Notes: generated from the letters alone by a model not told the origin. A stretch of 64,000 nt of DNA from Tepidisphaera sp. (GCA_050916045.1 CP051526.1:2592001-2656000); one strand, 5' to 3'. Counted from the stretch's first letter, positions 39,950 to 50,036 are shown. Made by a program: numbers and translations.

Positions 39950-41221
39950 TTAGCGCGGCCAAAGCGCGAGAACGGCGACGGCGACGGCGAGTTTGACGCC
40001 GAAGAAGAAAGCGACGCGTTTGCCGAGGGCGGCGGAGCCGAGGGTGGCGATGATGATGCCCTTGAAGACGGCGTTGGACATGGAAGCGACCACGATCGCG
40101 CGCCACGCGGTGGACATCTCGGCGGCGGGGGCGGTGGAGGAATCAGGTGGGTTCACCATGCGGGACACGGAGAGGGTGATGGCGTCCATGTCGGTGAGGC
40201 CGGAGATGGCGGCGACGGCGTAGAGCCCGCTTTGGCCGAACCTGTCCTTGGCGGCGGCGACAGCGACGAGGACGAGGGCGTAGAGGCCGGCGAAGAAGAG
40301 GGCGGAACCCAGTTCGGTGGGGTTGGTGAGTTTGGGGAGGTCATCGCCGCTTTTCTGTGCGTTGCGCCAGCAGAAGAACGCGAGGATCGCGGAGACGGTG
40401 CCGAGAACGCCGATGGGGCCGGCGGCGACGGGCAGGAAGCGGGGCGCGACCAGGCCGATCTCGACCAGGACGCGGCCGTACACGACGGTTGACGCGATGA
40501 GGATGACGGCGGTGGAGGCGCCGACGTACTCGGGGGAGTTTGCGGCGCGGCGGGCGTAGGAGACGCTTGTCGCGGTGCTTGAGACCAGACCGCCGAGGAG
40601 ACCGCCGAGCAGAATACCGGCGCCGCCGCCGACGAACTTGTAGACGATGTAGCCGCCGAGGCTGATGCCGACGACGAGCACGACCATGAGCCAGATGTGG
40701 GCGGGGTTGAGGACGTCGTAGGGGCCGAAGGTGCGATCGGGGACGACGGGCAGGATGATGAGGCTGATGAGCGCGAACTGCATGATCGCGCGGACGTCGG
40801 TGTCGCCGAGGCGTGCCACGAATCCGTGCAGGATGGGCTTGGCGTGGAGGAGTATCGCGATGGCGGCGCCGACGGCAACGGCGGCTTCGCGGGGTCCGAG
40901 GATGACGTAGGCCCCGACGGCGAACATGGCGAGCATCGCGACTTCGGTGGTGACGCCGTGGCTTGGCTCTTCGTCGGGAGCGGCGTTTCGGGAAGCGGCG
41001 GCGATGATGGCGGCGAGGGCGAGGAAGCCGGCGGCGACGGCCCAGCCGCCGATGCCCAGTGGCGGGAGCGTCAGGAGGGCGCAGAGCGAGCCCGAGAGGG
41101 TCACCAGACCGAAGGTGCGGATGCCGCCGAGTTTGCGCTGCGTGCGCTCACGCTGAAGCCCGACCAGGAGGCCCAGACCGAGGGAAATCAGGAGGTTGGC
41201 GAAGATCGTCGAGACTTCCAC
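39950..41221 (-). CDS. MgtC/SapB + DUF4010 membrane protein
   Basis: GLLVGLQRE..GIRTF, GVTTE, GGLVSSTAT, GLTDMDAI. Confidence 0.88.
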   Translation of the reverse strand: MEVSTIFANLLISLGLGLLVGLQRERTQRKLGGIRTFGLVTLSGSLCALLTLPPLGIGGWAVAAGFLALAAIIAAASRNAAPDEEPSHGVTTEVAMLAMFAVGAYVILGPREAAVAVGAAIAILLHAKPILHGFVARLGDTDVRAIMQFALISLIILPVVPDRTFGPYDVLNPAHIWLMVVLVVGISLGGYIVYKFVGGGAGILLGGLLGGLVSSTATSVSYARRAANSPEYVGASTAVILIASTVVYGRVLVEIGLVAPRFLPVAAGPIGVLGTVSAILAFFCWRNAQKSGDDLPKLTNPTELGSALFFAGLYALVLVAVAAAKDRFGQSGLYAVAAISGLTDMDAITLSVSRMVNPPDSSTAPAAEMSTAWRAIVVASMSNAVFKGIIIATLGSAALGKRVAFFFGVKLAVAVAVLALWPR

Positions 41222-41456
41222 GTTGTGTGAGCGTACCCGATGCGCTCGCGGAATGGAACCCTGAGCTTGGCCCGGCGTTCGGCCGAACTTGCGCGGCGAC
41301 GGAAGTCGCAGCACCCGGGCGGCGGTCGCGCGAGCGAAGGTGATGCAAATCTGGGAGAATCGTGGAGGAATGAGGGGCGGAGGCGCGCATTTACGGTGGC
41401 GACGCTTCTCTCCTCGCGTGTTGCTTGGACGGCGGAACATCGATCAGGGGAGACGA

Positions 41457-42362
41457 ATGAGAACGATCACGGTCGGGCAGGGTGTGGGCGGGTGGCGGAA
41501 GCGGGCGGGTTTGCTTGTCGCTGCGGCGGCGAGCGTGCTCATGGTCATGGGTGGCTGCGCGGGGATCCCGCAGCAGGAGCTGAACGCGTACGTCGCGAGC
41601 GTGGGCGAAGCCAAGAAGACGGGGCAGACGATGCTCGCGGATTGGCGCTCGGCGCGGGCTGAGTTCGAGCGGCGGGAAGCCAAGCCGTCGGAGGAGCCCA
41701 AGGCGCCGATCGCTTTGGAGCTGCCTCCGCCTGCGGACGGGGCACTTTCGGCGGAGGATGCTCGCGAGTACGCGTGGGAGGCGATCGCGCTGTACACCGA
41801 GACGCTCGCCCGGCTGAACGCGGGGGAGAGCGTGGAGGATGTGCGGAAAGTGACGGGCCGGTTGGTCACGATCGCGACGCGGATCGCGGGGAGCGCGGTG
41901 CCGGGAATTTCGGAGCTTGGCTCGCTGCTTCAGGATGTCGTGGCGGAGCTTGAGCGGGCCCGGCTGGCGGCGGAATTCAAGAAGGGCGTGCAAAAGGGAG
42001 CTCCGATCATCCAGCGGATGATCCGCGAGGTTTTCATCCCGGATGCGAACAGTCATTACACGCTTCGGGCGGCGCTGGCGAGCGAGGATCACGGGGCGCT
42101 GGAAGTCGCGGACGGGATCGATGATGAGGAGAAGCGGCTTCGCCAGACGCGGATCGTGGATGAGACCAAGTCGCTCGCGGCTTCCATCGTGGCGTACCGG
42201 CAGCTTCTGATGCAGACGGATCGGGCGCTCGAAGAGCTTCGCGTCGCGGTGGAGAAGCCGGTGGATCTGGTCGCACAGACGGACAGGCTGCTTGATCTGG
42301 CGCTGCGGGCCAAGCGGCACTGGCAAGCGTACGAGAACGCGAAGCGCGAAGGGCGCGATTGA
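41457..42362 (+). CDS. Predicted all-helical lipoprotein, unknown function
   Basis: GGAG RBS, hydrophobic stretch and lipobox-like MGG-C, long amphipathic helices. Confidence 0.7.
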   Translation: MRTITVGQGVGGWRKRAGLLVAAAASVLMVMGGCAGIPQQELNAYVASVGEAKKTGQTMLADWRSARAEFERREAKPSEEPKAPIALELPPPADGALSAEDAREYAWEAIALYTETLARLNAGESVEDVRKVTGRLVTIATRIAGSAVPGISELGSLLQDVVAELERARLAAEFKKGVQKGAPIIQRMIREVFIPDANSHYTLRAALASEDHGALEVADGIDDEEKRLRQTRIVDETKSLAASIVAYRQLLMQTDRALEELRVAVEKPVDLVAQTDRLLDLALRAKRHWQAYENAKREGRD

Positions 42363-42437
42363 GCGGCGGGCCGAGCGTCCGCACACGTGAATCCAAGGAC
42401 AAGAGTTTCAAAGCAAGAGCCACAGGGAGAAACGACC

Positions 42438-42773
42438 ATGCCCGATATCACCGACCGTTCCACGCAGATCACCGAGCTTGCGACGCAGGCTGCCGCCGAG
42501 CTGAGCGTGATGATGAAAGCCGCGGACAAAAAGGACAAGAAAGCGGCGTTCGAAGCGTACCGCGATGTGCTTCGCCTGATCGGCCGCACGAGCATCAACG
42601 AGTTCGAGGGGCGGACGTCGCTTCTGACAGGACTGGTCGCGGAACTGTCCGAAGTGACGCGGTCGATCAAGGTGAAGAACCCGGTCGCGGGGCATCTGAA
42701 CACGCTTGCGGGGTTCACGGAGAAAGCTCTGGACCTGATCAAAGCCGAGAAAGATGCGGCCGATCCGGCCTGA
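42438..42773 (+). CDS. Small helical hypothetical protein
   Basis: GGGAG RBS, 111 aa, host-like codon usage. Confidence 0.65.
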   Translation: MPDITDRSTQITELATQAAAELSVMMKAADKKDKKAAFEAYRDVLRLIGRTSINEFEGRTSLLTGLVAELSEVTRSIKVKNPVAGHLNTLAGFTEKALDLIKAEKDAADPA

Positions 42774-42795
42774 GGGCTATTGGAGTCCTGAGGGA

Positions 42796-44070
42796 TCAGG
42801 ATGGGCGCATCGCGGAGCGGCAGGTCTGGATGCGTTCCTCGAACATCGCTCGTTCGCGAGCGTTGGAGCAGAGGTCGGCGGCACGCTCGAACGCTGCGAG
42901 GGCGTGGGCGTGGCGGCCGAGCTTGAGAAGCAGGTCGCCGCGGACGCCGAAGTACGGGTGGTAGCGTGCGAGAGCGGGTTCGTTGGCGATGGGTTCCAGC
43001 AGGTCGAGGCCGGCTTGGGGACCGCGGAGCATCGAGACCGCGACGGCACGGTTGAGTTCGACGATGGGCGAGCCGGTGAGCTCGGCGAGATCGTCGTAGA
43101 GCGCGACGATCGAGGGCCAGTCGGTGCTTGCGGGCGTGAGGGCGGTCGCGTGGCGGGCGGCGATCCTGGCTTGAAGCGTGTAGAAGCCGGGCGGCTGGCC
43201 GAGGCGGTCAGCGCGTTCGATGGCGGCGAGGCCACGGCGGATGTGGACGCGGTCCCAGCGTGAGCGGTCCTGGTCCATGAGAAGGATCGGCTTGCCGGAC
43301 GCATCGACGCGAGCGGCTTGCCGCGAAGCTTGGATCTCCATGAGGGCGACGAGGCCATGTGCTTCGGGCTCTCTGGGCATGAGTTCGGCGAGGATGCGCC
43401 CGAGTCGAAGAGCTTCTTCGCAGAGCGCGGGGCGCATCCAGTCGTCCCCCACCGTCGCGGCGTAGCCCTCGCTGAAGAGGAGGTAGACGACCTCGAGAAC
43501 GGACTGCACGCGTTCCGGGAGGTCTTCCGCGGCGGGCATCTCGAAGGAGTCCTTGAGCTCGGCGAGGGTGTGCTTGGCTCGGACGATGCGCTGGGCGATC
43601 GTGGGTTCGGGAGCGAGGAAGGCGCGGGCGATCTCGCGGGTGCTGAGGCTACAGAGGAGCTTGAGCGTGAGCGCGGCGCGGGCTTCGGTCGCGAGCGCGG
43701 GATGGCAGGTGGCGAAGATGAGCCTGAGGAGGTCGTCTGGCACGGGGTCGTCGAGCGTGGGATGGGGTGTCGCGGGTCCTGTTTCGGCGGGCGGAGCGTT
43801 CGCGAGTTCGGCGCGGATGGAGCTCAGGCGGCGTTCGCGTCGGGCGCGGTCGATGGCTTTGTGCTTGGCGGTCGCCATGAGCCAAGCTGCGGGGCTTTGG
43901 GGGGAGCCGTCTCGGGGCCATTGTTCGAGAGCGGCGAGAAAGGCTTCCTGAGCGAGTTCCTCGGCGGCTCCGAGGTCTTGGGTCGATCGGGCGAGGGCGG
44001 CGATGAGCCGGGGCGCTTCGATCTTCCAGATCGCTTCGATCGCTTTCGATATCGGTTGTGGGTTGTTCAT
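42796..44070 (-). CDS. ECF RNA polymerase sigma factor with C-terminal TPR extension (ECF42-like)
   Basis: AEELAQEAF, DDLLRLIFATCHPAL, AQRIVRAK, QDRSRWD, LNRAVA; follows YciI/DGPF gene. Confidence 0.9.
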   Translation of the reverse strand: MNNPQPISKAIEAIWKIEAPRLIAALARSTQDLGAAEELAQEAFLAALEQWPRDGSPQSPAAWLMATAKHKAIDRARRERRLSSIRAELANAPPAETGPATPHPTLDDPVPDDLLRLIFATCHPALATEARAALTLKLLCSLSTREIARAFLAPEPTIAQRIVRAKHTLAELKDSFEMPAAEDLPERVQSVLEVVYLLFSEGYAATVGDDWMRPALCEEALRLGRILAELMPREPEAHGLVALMEIQASRQAARVDASGKPILLMDQDRSRWDRVHIRRGLAAIERADRLGQPPGFYTLQARIAARHATALTPASTDWPSIVALYDDLAELTGSPIVELNRAVAVSMLRGPQAGLDLLEPIANEPALARYHPYFGVRGDLLLKLGRHAHALAAFERAADLCSNARERAMFEERIQTCRSAMRPS

Positions 44071-44095
44071 CGGTCGGGCGTCGCGGCGGGTCGCT

Positions 44096-44461
44096 TCAGG
44101 TGGTGAAGTCCGCTTCTTCGAAGAGCGGGCGGATCTCGACCTCGCACTCGTGGCCCGGGTGCGGGTTGGGGCAGCGTTTTAGCCACTCGGTGGCTTCCTC
44201 GAGGGATCGCACCTGCCACAGCCAGTATCCGGCGATGAGTTCCTTGGACTCGGTGAAGGGTCCGTCGATGACGGTGCGCTTGTTTTGGGCGAAGCGGACG
44301 CGGGCGCCGTGGGAGGAGGCTTTGAGCCCGGCTCCGTCGAGCATGACGCCGGCTTTGACGAGTTCCTCGTTGAACTTGCCCATTTCGGCGAGAAGTTCGG
44401 GGCCGGGCATGACGCCGGCTTCACTGTCTTTGGTGGCTTTGATGATGACCATGACGCGCAT
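44096..44461 (-). CDS. YciI/DGPF-family protein
   Basis: DGPFTESKELIAGYW, EVEIRP. Confidence 0.9.
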   Translation of the reverse strand: MRVMVIIKATKDSEAGVMPGPELLAEMGKFNEELVKAGVMLDGAGLKASSHGARVRFAQNKRTVIDGPFTESKELIAGYWLWQVRSLEEATEWLKRCPNPHPGHECEVEIRPLFEEADFTT

Positions 44462-44517
44462 GCTGGAACTCCTTGCGGGGGCTGGACCGGTTCTCGATGA
44501 GCCGGCTCTGCACGATT

Positions 44518-44544
44518 GTCGAACGGCGGGGCCGAAGATCGACA
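44518..44544 (-). promoter_or_regulatory. Putative ECF42-type autoregulated promoter
   Basis: Minus strand TGTCGA-N17-CGAC upstream of the DGPF-sigma pair, matching the ECF42 consensus as I recall it. Confidence 0.55.
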
Positions 44545-44666
44545 CGGGACCCAAAGATTTTTCGGTTTGTGGGGCGGAGCGGTGCCGATTCGGAGCGGGA
44601 CACCTGGATCGGGTGAGTTTTCCGAGATTCGGCGGGAAAGGCTGGTGCGTGTAGGATACCTGAAGC

Positions 44667-45089
44667 ATGACCGAGTTGCCCACCACGCCTGCTGACGAAC
44701 GCACGGCGCCGCTCAGGGTGCTGCTGGTGGATGACTCGGCGGATCTGGCGAACATGCTCGCGCGGTGGATGCGATCGCAGCCGGGGCTTGAGGTGGTCGG
44801 GGTTCTGGGGAGTGCGGCGGGGCTGGCGGCGGAAGTGGTCTCCCGGGAAGCCGAAGTCGTGATGCTGGATCTGGTGATGCCGGGGCCGCCGCCGCTGGAA
44901 GCGATTCGGGGGATACTCGCGAGGGCTCCGGGGTGCCGCGTGCTCGTGTTCAGCGGGTATGACGACGCGGAGACGCGCGGGCAAGCTTTTGCCGCGGGGG
45001 CGCACGACCTGGTCAGCAAGAACCTCTCACCGCGGGAGATCGTGGAAGCGATCCGGCGGGCGGGGGTCGCTTCTGGTGGCGGAGCGTGA
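44667..45089 (+). CDS. Single-domain response regulator
   Basis: VLLVDD, MLDLVMP, FSG, K. Confidence 0.85.
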   Translation: MTELPTTPADERTAPLRVLLVDDSADLANMLARWMRSQPGLEVVGVLGSAAGLAAEVVSREAEVVMLDLVMPGPPPLEAIRGILARAPGCRVLVFSGYDDAETRGQAFAAGAHDLVSKNLSPREIVEAIRRAGVASGGGA

Positions 45090-45090
45090 A

Positions 45091-45546
45091 TCACGGATCG
45101 CCGAGTTGGCCGATGAGAATGACGTATCCGTCGGGATCGGAGATGCGGAACTCGCCTTCAGGCATGTAGTCGGGGCGGGTGACGGCGAAAGCGACGCGGC
45201 GGCCGCCTTCGGGCCCGGGCTGGCCGCAGAAGACGTGGCCGTCGTGGAGGCCGCTGGCGAGAAGGTGGGCTCGCAAGTTGGAGACATCCGGGCTGTACAT
45301 GTAGAAGAGGACGGCTTGCTGGTCGGGGATGATCGGTCCGCTGGCGCGGGCGAACATGATCTCGGCGTGGTCGCTTTGGAGGAGAGCCCAGAACGGCTGG
45401 CCGTGCGCATCGCGGAGCATGCTTTGGACTTCAAAGCCGAGGAGGGCGTAGAACGCGACGGAAGCGTCGACACTCGCGACGTGGGCAAAGGTCACGAGAC
45501 GGTGGACGGCGAAAGGATGTCTCGGGCTGGATCCCGCGGGTGTCAT
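45091..45546 (-). CDS. VOC/glyoxalase family protein
   Basis: SVAFY..LGF, EFRISDPDGY. Confidence 0.82.
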   Translation of the reverse strand: MTPAGSSPRHPFAVHRLVTFAHVASVDASVAFYALLGFEVQSMLRDAHGQPFWALLQSDHAEIMFARASGPIIPDQQAVLFYMYSPDVSNLRAHLLASGLHDGHVFCGQPGPEGGRRVAFAVTRPDYMPEGEFRISDPDGYVILIGQLGDP

Positions 45547-45574
45547 GCGGAGAGGGTAGCGGGAAGGGAGCGAA

Positions 45575-46120
45575 TCACGGGATGCCGGCGCGGTCGAAGA
45601 TCTCGCGCATGAGCGTGCTTTTGGCGTCCGCGTAGGCGGTGCGGTTGTCGCCGAACCGGGCGGCGAGGTCGGACTTGAGCGCGGCGTAGCGGGCGGCGAG
45701 ATCGGGATGGGCACGCAAGGTGTCGCGGACGGCGGCGTGGCGGATGGCTTCCTTCGAACCTTCGACGAGCATGTGCGCGTGGTGCGTGCGCGGCGAGCCT
45801 TTGACGAAGAGGTGGCGGCCGGGGATGCCGTAGTCACCGGCGTACCAGTAGCCGAGTGCCCGCATGGGCGCGACGCAGGCGAAGCCGTCCTCGTAAGCGC
45901 GGAGCACGGGCATGAGGTCGAGGATGGGCTTGGCGATCAGGCCGGGGACGGAGGTGCTTCCGATGTGTTCGACGCGGAGGAGGGTCGGGCCGCACGCGGA
46001 CGCGATGCGGGCGCACTCTTCGGCGGCGGCGGAAAGCCAGCGCGGATCGTGGTCGACGAGGACGATCTTCTCGGGAGCGGCCCAGAGGTGTTCGGGATCG
46101 ATGGCGGGTCGCGGGTTCAT
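45575..46120 (-). CDS. GrpB/UPF0157 family protein
   Basis: EHIGSTSVPGLIAKPILD, Y..LK, Y..AK. Confidence 0.9.
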   Translation of the reverse strand: MNPRPAIDPEHLWAAPEKIVLVDHDPRWLSAAAEECARIASACGPTLLRVEHIGSTSVPGLIAKPILDLMPVLRAYEDGFACVAPMRALGYWYAGDYGIPGRHLFVKGSPRTHHAHMLVEGSKEAIRHAAVRDTLRAHPDLAARYAALKSDLAARFGDNRTAYADAKSTLMREIFDRAGIP

Positions 46121-46152
46121 GGCCGGAGCGTAGAAACCGGACGCCGTTCGCG

Positions 46153-47136
46153 TCAGACGCAGGCGAGAAGAGCGTGGGCGTGCGAGGAGGCGCAGAGGGT
46201 CGCGGAGTCGGCGAGAGCGGCGGGGACAAGAGCCGTCTGGCCGGCGCAGATGAGGCTTGAGCCGCCGCCGGCGCGGAGGTCGGCGTGGCCCTCGAGCATC
46301 ATGACGACCGTGGCTCGCGAGCCCATCGCGAGCGGGGCGCAGCCCAGCTTGGTGATCGTGAGCGAGTCGACCTCGAAGAACTCGGTGGTAACGAGGCGGC
46401 CGCGGGCCATTCCGGAGGGGACGCGAGCGGCGGGCGGGGGCGGGCCGAAGTCGATGCAGGCCATCGCTTGTTCGATGTGAAGTTCACGGCCGGTGCGGCC
46501 CCAGTCGTAGACGCGGTAGGTGGTGTCGCTTGGCGTCTGGATCTCGGCGGCGAGGACGCCTCCGCCGAGTGCGTGGCAGGTGCCGCTGGGAAGGTTGTGG
46601 CATTCTCCGACGACCGCGGGGACGGCGATCATGTCGTTTGCGACTTCGTTGGACTCGATGTGTCGGGCGAACATCTCGCGGGTGACGCCGGGCTTGATGC
46701 CTTTGTAGATGACGGCACCGGGCTCGGCGGCGAGGATCATCCAGCATTCGGTCTTGAGGTTGCAGCCGAAGTTGAGCGCGGCGTAGGAGGGGCTGGGGTG
46801 CACCTGAACGGAGAGGTTCTCGCGGGCGTCGAGGAACTTGACCAGCAGCGGGAAGCCGCCGTCGACGGTGGGCTTGGTGGGGCCCAGGAGCGCCGCGCCC
46901 CACTGGTTGAGTGCGTCGCGGATGGTCTTGCCGGCGAGCGGGCCGTTGACGATGACGGAGTGGGCCGAACCGCCGCCGCCGCCGGACGCGGAGGTCGAAG
47001 CGAGGTCGGCGAGCTCCCAGCTTTCGCCGATGAGCATGCCGGTGGGCAGTGGCTTGCCGAAGGCTTCGAGTCGGCGTCCGCCCCAGACCTTGTCCTTGAG
47101 GATGGGAGCGAAGATGAGGGGGTACGGGGCCGTCAT
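46153..47136 (-). CDS. manA: Type I phosphomannose isomerase (cupin)
   Basis: KVWGG, GESWE, PLLVKFLDA..NLSVQVHP, KTECW, GTCHA, TYRVYDW. Confidence 0.88.
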   Translation of the reverse strand: MTAPYPLIFAPILKDKVWGGRRLEAFGKPLPTGMLIGESWELADLASTSASGGGGGSAHSVIVNGPLAGKTIRDALNQWGAALLGPTKPTVDGGFPLLVKFLDARENLSVQVHPSPSYAALNFGCNLKTECWMILAAEPGAVIYKGIKPGVTREMFARHIESNEVANDMIAVPAVVGECHNLPSGTCHALGGGVLAAEIQTPSDTTYRVYDWGRTGRELHIEQAMACIDFGPPPPAARVPSGMARGRLVTTEFFEVDSLTITKLGCAPLAMGSRATVVMMLEGHADLRAGGGSSLICAGQTALVPAALADSATLCASSHAHALLACV

Positions 47137-47145
47137 GGGGGTGGA

Positions 47146-47655
47146 TTAGGACAGCGACATGCCGAGGATCTTGGCTTGGAACGTCACCTTGTCGCGGACG
47201 ACGCCCATGACATCGCAGAGGAAGCGTTTGCGGCTGACGCGGATGTCGCGGCAGAGGAGAAGGAGGTCGTCGCCGGGAGCGACCATCGCGCGGAACGTGG
47301 CTTCCTCGATCTTGCAGAAGACAGAGAGGCCGACATCGGGGAAGCGGCGGTAGTAGAGGTAGGCGGCGAGCTGCGCGGCGGACTCGATCTGGAGCACGCC
47401 GGGGTAGAGGGCTTTGTCGGGGAAGTGCCCGGCGCACCAGAACTCATTGTCGCGGATGTTTTTGACGCCGATGCCGCGGACGAAATCCGGAGAGTGCCAG
47501 AGGATGCCGTCGATGAGCATCATGTTCCCGCGGTGCGGGATGACCTTGCCGATGTCCTCGCGCCCGTGGATGGGGCGAGAAGCATCGAGCTCCGGAATAT
47601 CGAAGAGGAACTTGGACTCGGCGGCGGGCGCGGCGGGCGGCTGTGGGGTGTCCAT
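47146..47655 (-). CDS. FabA/FabZ-like dehydratase
   Basis: IPHRG.M..ID, EFWCAGHFP....PGVLQIE. Confidence 0.87.
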   Translation of the reverse strand: MDTPQPPAAPAAESKFLFDIPELDASRPIHGREDIGKVIPHRGNMMLIDGILWHSPDFVRGIGVKNIRDNEFWCAGHFPDKALYPGVLQIESAAQLAAYLYYRRFPDVGLSVFCKIEEATFRAMVAPGDDLLLLCRDIRVSRKRFLCDVMGVVRDKVTFQAKILGMSLS

Positions 47656-47668
47656 GGCCTGCTTCCGG

Positions 47669-47863
47669 TCAGGGCTTCTGAGCCGGCTGATCGGCTTCGC
47701 GCGTGTCGAGCACGGCGATGCGGACGGCCTGGGCGGCTTCCTTGATGTCCTGCATGGCTTTGCGGACGCGGACGCCGGCGGCTTTGTTGCCACCCTTCCA
47801 CTTGAGAATGTCGCCCTCGGCCTCGGAGATCAACCGCTTGAGCGTTTCGAAAGCTTCCATCAT
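47669..47863 (-). CDS. Histone H1-like (Hc1-family) small protein
   Basis: GNKAAGVRVRKAMQDIK motif; AAAGGA RBS. Confidence 0.8.
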   Translation of the reverse strand: MMEAFETLKRLISEAEGDILKWKGGNKAAGVRVRKAMQDIKEAAQAVRIAVLDTREADQPAQKP

Positions 47864-47991
47864 GTGTCCTTTCCGGGGCCCGAACAAGAACCAAGTGACT
47901 GCGGACGGGCCTGCTTCCAATATTCAGCCGGTCGGAACCCGGAGACAAGGGGTGCGGGGCGGCAAGGACGATTTTCGTACTTTATTCGGTG

Positions 47992-49089
47992 CTAATGAAG
48001 CTGGGGGAGGTACTTCTCGATGACTTCGAGGGCACCCTTGACGTACCTGACGTTGTGCTCGCGGCCGAGGAAGAGGGGGACGACGGACGCCATGAGGAGT
48101 CGGCGGGCGATGGCGACGTCGGTGGCGTGGGTGTCGACGGGGAGTCCGGCTTCGCGGCGGAGGCGGGAGAATTCGGCGAGGGGCTTGATGCCGTGAAGGA
48201 GTTCGGCGTGTCCCCAGTACTGACGCTCGAGGTAGACGGCGTCTTCGGCCCAGTGACCGGCGTGAACGAGGGCGAGGTCGATGAGGACGCAGCGCGAGGC
48301 ATCGCCGGGGCAGATACGTCGGAGGGCGTTGCCGGGGTGGAGGTCGCCGTGGCACCAGGCGTTGACGGGCCGGTTGTTCCAGCGGGCGAGGATGAGGGGG
48401 AGGGCTTTCTGAACGTGCTTGATGGCGTCGATCCAGCGGAGGTGGTCGGCGATGTGGCTTTGGCGGACAGCTTCCTTGGCTCGCGCGATGTTCTCATGCC
48501 AGTTGAGGGCTTTGGCTTCCTCGGGAGCGGGCGGTCGGACGGCGCTCGCGGCTTGCTGGAACTCGACGGCGGCGTGGAGGAGCTCGTGGATGGCGGGTTG
48601 GTCGAAGGCTTTGGCGAGCGGGGCGCCTTCGAGGCGCTCGCACACGAGCCATCCGAGGTCGAGCCCGCCGAGGGACATGCCGCTTGCGAGGACGCGGGGG
48701 ACGACGGGGCCGAGGGGGTGTTTGCGTGGGGCGTGATTGTGGGCGTTGCAGAGCTCGCAGGACCAGCGGAGTTCGTTTGGCCCCACGGGGAGCTTGACGA
48801 GGACGCCTCTGGGCCCGGCGGGATCGTTCCATGGAGCAAAGCCGGTTGCGGCTCCGCCGTGCTGCCACGCGGCGTTGAACCACTCGACGGGTCCGAGCTT
48901 GCCGTCGCAGGCTTCCCGGAGGACGGGCTCGAGGTGGATCGCGAGAGAGTGGGAGTCGCCGGGAGACGCGGGAAGCGTCTGGCCGTAGGGCTTGACGGGT
49001 GTGTGGGAATCGCGAGCGGCTTGGAGGGCGTGCGACCCTCCGAGCGTGCTCGGTGAAGCATCGAAGGAGGATCCGACGGGCTGCGTCAC
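47992..49089 (-). CDS. Aminoglycoside phosphotransferase/kinase-like protein
   Basis: VLVK, HGDLHPGN, LIDL motifs; start approximate. Confidence 0.8.
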   Translation of the reverse strand: MTQPVGSSFDASPSTLGGSHALQAARDSHTPVKPYGQTLPASPGDSHSLAIHLEPVLREACDGKLGPVEWFNAAWQHGGAATGFAPWNDPAGPRGVLVKLPVGPNELRWSCELCNAHNHAPRKHPLGPVVPRVLASGMSLGGLDLGWLVCERLEGAPLAKAFDQPAIHELLHAAVEFQQAASAVRPPAPEEAKALNWHENIARAKEAVRQSHIADHLRWIDAIKHVQKALPLILARWNNRPVNAWCHGDLHPGNALRRICPGDASRCVLIDLALVHAGHWAEDAVYLERQYWGHAELLHGIKPLAEFSRLRREAGLPVDTHATDVAIARRLLMASVVPLFLGREHNVRYVKGALEVIEKYLPQLH

Positions 49090-49115
49090 GATCGGGAGGG
49101 CTCCGTTGATGGATC

Positions 49116-49976
49116 TTACCGCGCGGGACCGAGGTCGTGCAAGTCCAAATGGGGCGAAGCGGCGTTCATCATGGCGATGAACTGCGCGGTGGTGAGGTTC
49201 TCGGCCCGGTCGGTGGGCGTGATGCCGTCGGGCCAAGTGATTTTCTCGGAGACCGCACGACCCAGAACCGAGCCGATCTGCTTGCGTCTTTTGGAAAGGA
49301 GGAACTGCGCGAAGTCGGCGAGCGAACGCAGGTCGCACGGGGGCGGGGTGTCGCGGCGGACGAGCGCGATCATGGCGCTGTCGACGTCGGGGCGGGGCCA
49401 GAAGCACTCGGGCGGGAGCTTGGCGATGCGGTGGCGGATGCACGCGGCGTCGGCGACGACGGAGACGGTGCCGTAGGGGTCGGTGCCAGGGGTGGCGAGC
49501 AGACGATCGGCGACCTCGCGCTGGATCGTGACCCACATGCCCAGGCACTCGGGGTGCGCGGTCATGAGTGTGAGCATGACGGGCGTCGCGGCGGCGTAGG
49601 GGAGATTGGCGACGAGCTTGAAGGGTTCACCGCCGAGAGCGGCGACGAGGGCGGGGGCGAGGTGGCGTTTGTCCGCGAGGCAGTCACCGTGAACGAGGGC
49701 GAAAGCGGGCTTGTCCGCGTGGCGTTCGCGGAGAAGCTCGGCGAGTTGGTCGTCGAGTTCGGCGGCGATGACACGACAGCCGCGGGCGAGGAGTTCCTCG
49801 GTGAGCGTGCCGGTGCCGGGGCCGACCTCGAGGACGAGGTCGCCCGGAGCGACCTTGGCGTCGTCGACGAGTTTTTTGACGAGGTTCTGGTCGATGAGGA
49901 AGTTCTGGCCGAGGGCTTTCTTGGGCGAGAGGCCGCGGGCGAGGAGGAGCTCCCTGATCTCGGCGAGGGTCTGCAT
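49116..49976 (-). CDS. rsmA: 16S rRNA adenine dimethyltransferase (KsgA)
   Basis: KKALGQNFL, EVGPGTG, ANLPY, QREVADR, FWPRPDVDS. Confidence 0.95.
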   Translation of the reverse strand: MQTLAEIRELLLARGLSPKKALGQNFLIDQNLVKKLVDDAKVAPGDLVLEVGPGTGTLTEELLARGCRVIAAELDDQLAELLRERHADKPAFALVHGDCLADKRHLAPALVAALGGEPFKLVANLPYAAATPVMLTLMTAHPECLGMWVTIQREVADRLLATPGTDPYGTVSVVADAACIRHRIAKLPPECFWPRPDVDSAMIALVRRDTPPPCDLRSLADFAQFLLSKRRKQIGSVLGRAVSEKITWPDGITPTDRAENLTTAQFIAMMNAASPHLDLHDLGPAR

Positions 49977-50001
49977 GGGGAGTTGTAGGGCGGGCGAGGA
50001 A

Positions 50002-50036
50002 CTGAAATTTCAAGTTTGGAATCTCAAATCTGAAGA
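50002..50036. repeat. AT-rich heptamer array
   Basis: CTGAAAT TTCAAGT TTGGAAT CTCAAAT CTGAAGA. Confidence 0.7.

Noticed and set aside
47992..49089. Antibiotic resistance genes (APH-like kinase; also beta-lactamase-like 7523-8716)
   Set aside because: Only superfamily-level motifs; no evidence for antibiotic substrates
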